From IMG/VR virus record IMGVR_UViG_3300049188_000051: a DNA stretch of 41,676 bases. One strand, given 5' to 3'. The position numbers and the translations under genes were made by a program. The DNA comes from a virus. Below the pieces are notes generated by a model. That model had not been told where the DNA came from. It was given only the letters and a program-made list of their open reading frames with translations, and searched no databases. Positions 14,331 through 20,816 of this stretch are shown piece after piece (position 1 is the first letter of the stretch; the number at the start of each line of letters is the position of its first letter).

Positions 14331-15062
14331 ATGACCTTCGAGAAAGTCACCATCGGCACCGCCACGCTGTATCGCGGCGACTGCCTCGACGTGCTGCCGA
14401 CGCTGGGCATGGTCGACGCGGTCATCACGGACCCGCCCTACAGCGAAGCGACTCACGCCGGGCATGACGCTGTTGGCGGGCTGCGCACAAAGCTCGGGTA
14501 CCGGCCGATGACAACCGACGAAGCCCGCCGACTGGCCGCCGCCTATGTGGAGCATTGCAGCGGCTGGATTGTCTGGCTGACCGACCACCGCCTCGCGCCC
14601 ACCATCCTCGGCGAACTCGACGAGCTGGGACGCTACACGTTCGCTCCTCTGCCGTTCTATCAGCCGGGGCGTTCCGTGCGCATCACCGGCGACGGCCCCA
14701 ACAGTTGGACCGACTGGATCTGCACGGCGCGGACGAAGGCCCAGCTCAAGTGGGGCACGCTGCCAGGCGGCTACATCGCCGGCCCAGGATGGAAGGACAA
14801 GACCCGCATGGGCGGCAAGCCCACGCTGTTGATGGATTCGCTGGTCTGCGACTACAGCCTGCCAGGGCAGCTCGTCCTCGACAGCCACATGGGCGGCGGC
14901 ACCACGGGCGTGTCCTGCGCTCGGCACGGACGTCGGTTCATCGGCATCGAGATCGAGAAGGAAGCCTTCGACGGCGCCTGTCTGCGCATCGAGCAGGCCC
15001 AGCAACAAGCCCAGCTCTTCACCGCACCGGAAGCGCCGCAACAGGCGGCGCTGCTGGACTGA
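14331..15062 (+). CDS. Beta-class DNA methyltransferase, N6_N4_Mtase type, DPPY (243 aa)
   Basis: Internal ATG (MTFEKV) of track ORF 14151..15062. Motif IV ITDPPY lies N-terminal to motif I VLDSHMGGGTTG. No cognate nuclease is seen, so it is an orphan. Confidence 0.8.
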   Translation: MTFEKVTIGTATLYRGDCLDVLPTLGMVDAVITDPPYSEATHAGHDAVGGLRTKLGYRPMTTDEARRLAAAYVEHCSGWIVWLTDHRLAPTILGELDELGRYTFAPLPFYQPGRSVRITGDGPNSWTDWICTARTKAQLKWGTLPGGYIAGPGWKDKTRMGGKPTLLMDSLVCDYSLPGQLVLDSHMGGGTTGVSCARHGRRFIGIEIEKEAFDGACLRIEQAQQQAQLFTAPEAPQQAALLD

Positions 15063-15087
15063 TTCCCGTACTTGAAGCCTGCACATC

Positions 15088-15582
15088 ATGACCAGTTCCG
15101 CAGTCCTCAGCCCATGCGGCCAGTACCGCTACCGCCTGGAGCGCACCGTCGCCATGGAAGGCCCGGTCTACGCCTTCTTCGGCATCAACCCCAGCACGGC
15201 CGATCACGTCATTGACGACCAGACGGTCAAGAAGTGGATCGGCTTCACCAAGGTCTGGGGCGGCGGTCGGTTCATCGTCGGGAACGTGTTCGCCTTCCGG
15301 GCCACGGACGTCACCGAGCTGACCCGCGCCCATGACGCCATCGGGCCAGACAACGCCGCGCACCTGGCGCAGATCATTGCCGACGCCGACGTGCTGGTGC
15401 CGTGCTGGGGCCGCAAGACCAAGGCGCCGAAGCGGCTCCGCGGCGAGCTGGACCTGCTGCTGATGCAGTTGGTCTGCTCTGGCAAGCCGGTGATGCACCT
15501 GGGCCTGACCCAGTGCGGGCAGCCGACGCACCCGCAGATGCTGGGCTACGCCACCAAGCTGCGTCCGTGGGGTCAGCCATGA
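15088..15582 (+). CDS. DUF1643 family protein (164 aa)
   Basis: Track ORF. SPCGQYRYRLERT ... FFGINPSTADHVIDDQTVKKWIGFTKVWGGG ... GNVFAFRATD ... GQPTHP matches the DUF1643 pattern. Confidence 0.7.
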   Translation: MTSSAVLSPCGQYRYRLERTVAMEGPVYAFFGINPSTADHVIDDQTVKKWIGFTKVWGGGRFIVGNVFAFRATDVTELTRAHDAIGPDNAAHLAQIIADADVLVPCWGRKTKAPKRLRGELDLLLMQLVCSGKPVMHLGLTQCGQPTHPQMLGYATKLRPWGQP

Positions 15583-15911
15583 CCGCACAACGCCTCGACG
15601 CGTGCCCGCAGCGCGGCAACCGCAGCACCGGCGACGTGAATGACTACGCGGGGATGGTCCTGCGTGGCCACACGCTGGAGCAGATCGGCGACCACTTCGG
15701 CGTCACCCACGGCGCGGTGCGTAAAGCCCTTAAGCGCGCCGGCCTGCCGACCAACTCGCGCGCGCTGCTGGCCGCCATGCCGGAGGGTTGCACGCCCACC
15801 GATGCCGCCGTGCTGCGGGCCGCCAATCAGGCGCTCGCCGCTGAGGTGGCGCAACTGAAGAGCCGGCTGTCCAAGATCAAGGCGGCCGTGAACTTCGTGG
15901 ACCCCGACTGA
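15579..15911 (+). CDS. HTH protein with a C-terminal coiled coil (110 aa)
   Basis: Internal ATG of track ORF 15402..15911. ATGA overlap with the DUF1643 gene. HTLEQIGDHFGVTHGAVRKALKRAGL. Confidence 0.6.
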   Translation: MTAQRLDACPQRGNRSTGDVNDYAGMVLRGHTLEQIGDHFGVTHGAVRKALKRAGLPTNSRALLAAMPEGCTPTDAAVLRAANQALAAEVAQLKSRLSKIKAAVNFVDPD

Positions 15912-15939
15912 TTCCCATCACCCGCTTGAAGGTCTGACC

Positions 15940-16211
15940 ATGAGCAACACCCTGCAAGGTACTCGACTCCACTACCAAGACGGAGAGCCTGACTTCGTCT
16001 GGCGCATCTCTGAGACGCCTGGCGCCTACGGCTCCGCCAACGGCAAAGACTGGTTCTGCACAACGCCCAACGGCATGCTGGGCAACCTCGGCAGCCATCA
16101 GGTGCAGGAGCACGAGGACGGCACGATCACCGTAAGTCCGTCCTGGTCAGCGGTGCGCCCAGCGAAAGCTGGCACGGCTTCCTGGAGCGCGGCATCTGGC
16201 GCGAATGCTGA
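15940..16211 (+). pseudogene. Small conserved phage protein (HEDGTITVSPS ... WHGFLERGIWREC) interrupted by a frameshift near 16138-16143
   Basis: Frame 0 reads ...HQVQEHEDGTITVSPSW, then a nonsense-looking tail to 16329. The -1 frame from 16140 reads VLVSGAPSESWHGFLERGIWREC*, stop 16209-16211, and that stop overlaps ATG 16211 of the next gene (TGATG). Confidence 0.55.
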
Positions 16212-16417
16212 TGCAGCCCATCTGCTCATGCTGCCAGCCGTCGCCCGTCGTCACCGTGACGGACTACGCCGGCCGGCGCTGGACGTTCGAGATGCACCGC
16301 ATGTTCGGGCCGCTGGTGCTGCGCGCTGACGGCGAGCCCAAAGCGCGCCAGCCAGGCAGCCGCAGCAGCTTCTGGCCGGCCTTCGAAGCGTGGCGCGCAG
16401 CGCACCGCCCAACCTGA
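16211..16417 (+). CDS. Unknown small protein (68 aa; alternative start 16205)
   Basis: Track ORF 16205..16417. DYAGRRWTFEMHRMFGPLVLRADGEPKARQPGSRSSFWPAFEAW. Confidence 0.6.
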   Translation: MQPICSCCQPSPVVTVTDYAGRRWTFEMHRMFGPLVLRADGEPKARQPGSRSSFWPAFEAWRAAHRPT

Positions 16418-16439
16418 ATCCCATCCTGGGGAAGAATCC

Positions 16440-17192
16440 ATGACCAACACCGTACTTGAGATTGCCCAGCAGGCGCTGCGCGACATCCTCGACCCCATCG
16501 GCTACATGGAGCGCGGCCTCGAAGAAGGCTACCGCCTCGACGGCCACGCTGCGTTGCAGCAGATGAACACACGCGAGTTCTACGTCCGCCTCGCGCGAGA
16601 AGCCCTTGCCGCCACCGAGGCCGCCGCCCCGGCACAGCGGGCCGAGCCGGTGGCGCCCGCCAAGGGCGACAACCTTGCGCAGGTCGCGGCGCAAAGAGCG
16701 TGCATCACTGACGCCATGATCGACGTTATTGCGCCCTACTGCCAGTCGATGTCCCGCGACCTCGCGCACGCAGCACTTGAGCGCGTCTTCGCTGTTGCCT
16801 TCGTGCCTGCCGCCCCGGCCCATCCTCCCGCGCAGGGGGTGGAAGACGAGCTGACGGCATTTGAGGCGTGGTTTCAGCGATACCGCCGCGAGTCGTGGGT
16901 GAAGTCCGGCTGCGCCAAAGACCGCGGCCCCGAGCCGAGCGAGAACTGGTCGCTGGGCCTGCGCAGTTGGATGCTGGAAGCGTGGCAAGCCCGCGCCGCC
17001 CTCGCCCAGGCGCCGGCCGCCGAGCCGCTGACGGATGAGCAGATCATCAAGTGCCTGCAAGCCGCTGGCGTCAAGTTCCAACGCTTCTACTCGCCCGCCA
17101 AGAAACGCTGGCTTGACTCGACCGCCGGGTCCATCGACAGCAGCGTTCTCATCGAAGGCGTCCGCGGCGCCCTGGCGAAGGAGCAGCCGTGA
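16440..17192 (+). CDS. Unknown protein (250 aa)
   Basis: Track ORF. GGGGAAG lies 5 nt upstream. Confidence 0.6.
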   Translation: MTNTVLEIAQQALRDILDPIGYMERGLEEGYRLDGHAALQQMNTREFYVRLAREALAATEAAAPAQRAEPVAPAKGDNLAQVAAQRACITDAMIDVIAPYCQSMSRDLAHAALERVFAVAFVPAAPAHPPAQGVEDELTAFEAWFQRYRRESWVKSGCAKDRGPEPSENWSLGLRSWMLEAWQARAALAQAPAAEPLTDEQIIKCLQAAGVKFQRFYSPAKKRWLDSTAGSIDSSVLIEGVRGALAKEQP

Positions 17193-17380
17193 TCCGCTTC
17201 ATCATCAAGCGCCACATGGACAACGGCCGCACCGTGGGCACCAGCACCTTTGAGACGTTTGACGTGAACGTGCCGGAACTGGAAGCCGCGCTTACCGGCG
17301 GCGGCCACGACCACGCCGGCAGCTATGACGTGCGCGAGCTTATTGGCGTCGAGGTTCTGCCACCCGCGCCCGCCAACTGA
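17189..17380 (+). CDS. Unknown small protein (63 aa)
   Basis: Track ORF. GTGA overlap with the upstream gene. Confidence 0.55.
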   Translation: MIRFIIKRHMDNGRTVGTSTFETFDVNVPELEAALTGGGHDHAGSYDVRELIGVEVLPPAPAN

Positions 17381-17404
17381 CTTTCCCATGTACGGAAGAT
17401 GCAC

Positions 17405-17923
17405 ATGCTGACTGCCTTTCAGATCCGCCAGCTCATGCACCAGACGTTCCAGCGGCAGGCGCTGATCCTCGTCCCTGAGTGCAACTGGACCGGCCACGAG
17501 TGCGACCTGCTGGTCGTCCACAAGTCCATGCGCATCATCGATGTCGAGATCAAGATCAGCCGCGCCGACTTCAAGCGCGACGCCGCGAAGGACAAGTGGT
17601 GGCACCGGATCCCGGTCGAAGAGGCCCGCGCGCGCGGCCTGGACTGGTGGACCCATCGCGAGCACGACGACTGGCCCCGCAAGGTCTGGAAGCACTACTT
17701 CGCCATGCCGCGCGAGATCTGGAAGCCCGAGCTGGTCGAGTTCCTGCCGTCGCCGATGTCGGGCGTGATCCTGCTCGACGGCCGCGGCCCCTTCGTCGAG
17801 CGCATGGCGAAGCCCTGCAAGGACGCCCAGCCCATCGCCGCGAAAGACGCCATCGACATCGCCCGCCTCGCCAACCTGCGCATGTGGGACGCACTGGTCA
17901 ATCGCCAGCTGGCCGCCGCCTGA
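17405..17923 (+). CDS. PD-(D/E)XK-type nuclease-like protein, possibly MmcB-like (172 aa)
   Basis: Track ORF 17399..17923. ATG 17405 has GGAAG 6 nt upstream. ECDLLVVHKSMRIIDVEIKISRADFKRD fits a D...(D/E)-x-K core. Confidence 0.4.
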   Translation: MLTAFQIRQLMHQTFQRQALILVPECNWTGHECDLLVVHKSMRIIDVEIKISRADFKRDAAKDKWWHRIPVEEARARGLDWWTHREHDDWPRKVWKHYFAMPREIWKPELVEFLPSPMSGVILLDGRGPFVERMAKPCKDAQPIAAKDAIDIARLANLRMWDALVNRQLAAA

Positions 17924-17945
17924 ATCCCACCCTTCGAACTGACGT

Positions 17946-18170
17946 ATGAGCACCGCCACCTTAGACAGCGAATTCCTGTCGGCGGCCGAGGTCAAAGACC
18001 TGACCGGCTGCGCGAAGCCTGACGACCAGGAGGCCGAGCTGAAGCGCCAGGGCCTGCCGGCCAAGCGCCGAGGCAACCGCCTGCTGGTGTCGCGCTTCCA
18101 CTGCCGCGAGTGGCTGTCCGGCAGGCCCGTGGCACCATCGCGCGGCATCAACCTCGCCCTGGTGAAATGA
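17946..18170 (+). CDS. xis: DUF4224-type small DNA-binding protein, putative excisionase (74 aa)
   Basis: Track ORF. FLSAAEVKDLTGCAKPDDQEAELKRQGLP ... LLVSR. ATGA overlap with int. Confidence 0.55.
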   Translation: MSTATLDSEFLSAAEVKDLTGCAKPDDQEAELKRQGLPAKRRGNRLLVSRFHCREWLSGRPVAPSRGINLALVK

Positions 18171-19201
18171 CTGGCCAGCACCCACGGCTGCGGCACCACT
18201 CGCGCAAGCGCAAGAGCGGGCGCGTCGTGACGTATTACTTTTACGACATGCGGCCAGAGGGGAAGCCGGACGTGCCGCTGGGCACCGACTTCGACGAGGC
18301 GCTGAAGAAGTGGGACGAGCTTTACAACCGTGCGCCGCGCATAGCCGGCACGCTGGAAGAGGCGTTTTCCGGCTGGGAGACCGACAAAGAGCGCGGGCTG
18401 CCCAGCTACACCAGCGCCGAGACGAAGCGCGGATACACGAAGAACCTGCGCCAGCTGCGACCGGTGTTCGGCGAGGCCACATGGGATCAGATCGACCTGC
18501 CGGCGCTGAAGGCCTATCTGCGGGCGCGCACGGCGAAGACGCAGGGCAACCGCGAGATGTCCCTGCTGTCGATCATCTGGAATTGGGCGCGCATGGAGGG
18601 GATGACCCGCCTGCCCTGGCCGGCTGCCGGCATGGAGCGCAGCCGCTGGAAGAACGAGGAGCAGCCCCGCGAGTTCGAGGTCACGCCCGAGTTGTTCGCC
18701 GCCGTCTACGCCGAGGGCGACCAGGTGCTGCGCGACTGCATGGACATCAGCAGCGCCACCGGCATGCGCCTGACCGACGCCCGCCAGGTGCTGCTGCCGG
18801 CCGGCGACCTGCTGCGCCTGAAGGCGAGCAAGACCGGCAAGAAGGCCGACTTCGACCTGAGCCTGTCGGCGGTGCTGCCCGACCTGATCGAGCGGCGCCG
18901 AGCGCTGCGGGCTGACCACCTCATGCTGCTGTCCACGCCCGACGGCCGGCCGGTGTCGCAGCGCATGCTGCGTGACCGCTGGGACGAGGCGCGCCAACGG
19001 GCGGCGGTGAAGGCCGGGCTGGCGAACGATGACGAGCTTCTCCGCGGCATCCGAGCCATGTACCTGCGCGACATGCGCAAGATGGCCGGCGATCTGGTCG
19101 AGACGGACGAGGAGGCTGCGACCCTACTGCAGCACGGCAGCGTTGCCCTCACGCGGCGGCATTACCGTACCCGCGCGACCAAGCTCAAGCCGGTGCGCTG
19201 A
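18167..19201 (+). CDS. int: Tyrosine recombinase / phage integrase (344 aa)
   Basis: Internal ATG of track ORF 18110..19201. GMRLTDAR, LRDMRKMAG and LLQHGSVALTRRHYR supply the R...H-x-x-R...Y catalytic pattern. Adjacent to attP. Confidence 0.9.
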   Translation: MTGQHPRLRHHSRKRKSGRVVTYYFYDMRPEGKPDVPLGTDFDEALKKWDELYNRAPRIAGTLEEAFSGWETDKERGLPSYTSAETKRGYTKNLRQLRPVFGEATWDQIDLPALKAYLRARTAKTQGNREMSLLSIIWNWARMEGMTRLPWPAAGMERSRWKNEEQPREFEVTPELFAAVYAEGDQVLRDCMDISSATGMRLTDARQVLLPAGDLLRLKASKTGKKADFDLSLSAVLPDLIERRRALRADHLMLLSTPDGRPVSQRMLRDRWDEARQRAAVKAGLANDDELLRGIRAMYLRDMRKMAGDLVETDEEAATLLQHGSVALTRRHYRTRATKLKPVR

Positions 19202-19202
19202 G

Positions 19203-19413
19203 GCGTTCCGCTTTCTTTGCGCTAGCCCTGAACGATCTCGGTTCAGACGCGGAACACTTTGCTGCCCCTGTGCCGATGCCCATTGACGAAAGTCGGCGCG
19301 GGCCATGGGACTCAAAATCCCCCGCCGCAAGGTGTGCCGGTTCGAGTCCGGCCCCGGGCACCAGACGAAACTGAATTGCATGTGTTCCGCGTTTGTTCCG
19401 CGACGCGTTCCGC
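19203..19413. repeat. Five copies of GTTCCGC flanking the att core (putative integrase arm-type sites)
   Basis: GCGTTCCGC at 19203-19211 and 19405-19413. ACGCGGAACAC at 19247-19257 is inverted relative to GTGTTCCGCGT at 19382-19392. GTTCCGCG at 19395-19402. Confidence 0.5.
19306..19363 (+). other. attP core: 3' part of a tRNA-Leu(CAA) gene (anticodon arm, long variable arm, T-arm, acceptor 3' strand, CCA)
   Basis: GGGA-CTCAAAA-TCCC, then CGCCGCAAGGTGT, then GCCGG-TTCGAGT-CCGGC, then CCCGGGC-A-CCA. There is no matching acceptor 5' strand or D-arm upstream, so this is not a functional tRNA. Confidence 0.75.
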
Positions 19414-19468
19414 AAACGGGGCCACGGGCACCGGCTCAGCCGATGCGCGCCGCCGCAGCGCGCGCAGT

Positions 19469-19786
19469 TCACGGCAGGGCCTCGGTGTCCGGCCAGTCGC
19501 CGCGCTTGACGTGACCCCGGAACAGCGGGGGAGGCAGCTTCTTGACCTTGGCCCTGTCCGGGACGAAGTGAACGACACGCGGCCTGCCATGGCGCCGCTC
19601 TGCGAACAAGACGTGCGGCAGCTTGGAGCCTAGCCGGCTGGTCCTGAGCAACAGAAGGCGCTCGCGGTCCTTCTCCCCGCCTCGCCAGACCGTGAAGTAC
19701 CGTTCGCCGTCAATCCGCACCCGGCGCGAGGCCAGCCACCGCCGCCAGTACAGGGCGACGGCGAAGGCGATGCAGTTCGAGCGCAT
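19469..19786 (-). CDS. Unknown 105-aa cargo protein at the end of the late operon next to attP; faint papain-like Cys...His pattern
   Basis: Track ORF with high GC3 on hand translation. MRSNCIAFAVALYWRRW ... LPHVLFAE ... VVHFVPD. Confidence 0.5.
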   Translation of the reverse strand: MRSNCIAFAVALYWRRWLASRRVRIDGERYFTVWRGGEKDRERLLLLRTSRLGSKLPHVLFAERRHGRPRVVHFVPDRAKVKKLPPPLFRGHVKRGDWPDTEALP

Positions 19787-19790
19787 GACA

Positions 19791-20195
19791 TCAGCTCGCC
19801 ACGCCCTTGACCTTCTCGACGGAACGGTAAGCGCCCAGACCCAGCATGCCGAACAGCAGCGGCATCATGGTCGCCATGTCCATCTGCGGGAACTTGACGG
19901 GGTGGCCAGCCAGCGCGGCTCCCCACTCCGCCATGGGCCCGACCACGAACTGCACCGCGAAGCCCGTGCCGCACACCCAGCCGACGAAGGGCCGCCATCC
20001 GGCAACGAAGGCGTTGCTGCTCGCCGCCTCGGTCTGGTTGATGCTCATCTGCCCGGCCATCTGCGAAAGCTCGCCCTGCTGCTGCAGCTTGAACAGCTCC
20101 AGTTGCGCGGCGGCTTTCTGGGCAGGGTCGGGGAAGATGCGGTCGATGACCTTGCCGCCGATGTCGAGCAGTGCCGTGACGGGATCGAGGCTCAT
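19791..20195 (-). CDS. DUF3154 / GTA-type 3-TM holin family protein (134 aa)
   Basis: Track ORF. VIDRIFPDPAQKAAAQLELFKLQQQGEL ... INQTEAASSNAFVAGWRPFVGWVCGTGFAVQF ... LLFGMLGLGAYRSVEKVKG. ATGA overlap with the endolysin gene. Confidence 0.75.
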   Translation of the reverse strand: MSLDPVTALLDIGGKVIDRIFPDPAQKAAAQLELFKLQQQGELSQMAGQMSINQTEAASSNAFVAGWRPFVGWVCGTGFAVQFVVGPMAEWGAALAGHPVKFPQMDMATMMPLLFGMLGLGAYRSVEKVKGVAS

Positions 20196-20578
20196 GGGTA
20201 CACCTTTCGGTCGAGTTCGAAATGCGGTCCATCGCGGAACGTGACCCAGTCGCCTCCCCAGCAGACCGCCACCTTGAGTTCAGCGGCGGCTTTCTTCATG
20301 GCGTCGGCCAGGTCGTAGAACGGCGGCCAGGCCCAGCTGATCTGGCCGCCGATGATGGGCGCCAGGTCGACAGCGTGGCCGGTGATATGCCGGCTGCTCA
20401 TGGTCCGCGATGCACCGCCAGCCACGAGCTCTGCTTGCCGCTCGATGGTGCGCACCCCCTCTGTCACAGCGAAGTCGACTTTGCTGAGCTGCAACGCCCG
20501 CTGCACCACGCGCACAAGGTCCGGGTGGACGCCCTGCAGTTTCGTCAGGCTGCGCCCGCTCAGCTGGTAGCTATTCAT
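20192..20578 (-). CDS. Endolysin, peptidase M15 (VanY/L-Ala-D-Glu peptidase type) (128 aa)
   Basis: Internal ATG (MNSYQLS) of track ORF 20192..20686. SRHITGHAVDL and DGPHFE are zinc-ligand motifs. Confidence 0.8.
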   Translation of the reverse strand: MNSYQLSGRSLTKLQGVHPDLVRVVQRALQLSKVDFAVTEGVRTIERQAELVAGGASRTMSSRHITGHAVDLAPIIGGQISWAWPPFYDLADAMKKAAAELKVAVCWGGDWVTFRDGPHFELDRKVYP

Positions 20579-20814
20579 TTGCCGTCCAGCGGCGCCGCGC
20601 CGGTACTGTCGAGGAACGGGCGAGGCTGGCCCTTGATCACGCCCGAGCGCTGCAGCAGCGGCTTCAGCACGCGCTTCCACAGCCATTCGATGACGAGACA
20701 GGCCGTGTAGATCGCCGCCAGCATCTGCGCCACCTCGCCCCAGGTCATGCCGCCGAGGAAAACCGCGCCAGCGCTGGCTGCCTTGGCCACGGGGTGCTTG
20801 ATGTCGTCGTTCAT
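20575..20814 (-). CDS. Holin, two predicted TM helices (79 aa)
   Basis: Internal ATG (MNDDIKHP) of track ORF 20575..21027. ATGA overlap with the endolysin gene. AASAGAVFLGGMTW and VAQMLAAIYTACLVIEWLW are hydrophobic. Confidence 0.65.
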   Translation of the reverse strand: MNDDIKHPVAKAASAGAVFLGGMTWGEVAQMLAAIYTACLVIEWLWKRVLKPLLQRSGVIKGQPRPFLDSTGAAPLDGK

Positions 20815-20816
20815 GC

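Noticed and set aside
17087-18997. 636-aa minus-strand ORF
   Set aside because: It is antisense to the integrase, xis and nuclease genes. The integrase frame has the catalytic R-H-R-Y pattern, and this one has nothing recognisable.
19264-19363. A complete tRNA-Leu gene
   Set aside because: Only the region from the anticodon arm to CCA is tRNA-like. The required acceptor 5' strand (GCCCGGG) is absent, and the upstream sequence would give a 16-nt D-loop without GG. I interpret it as the attP core.
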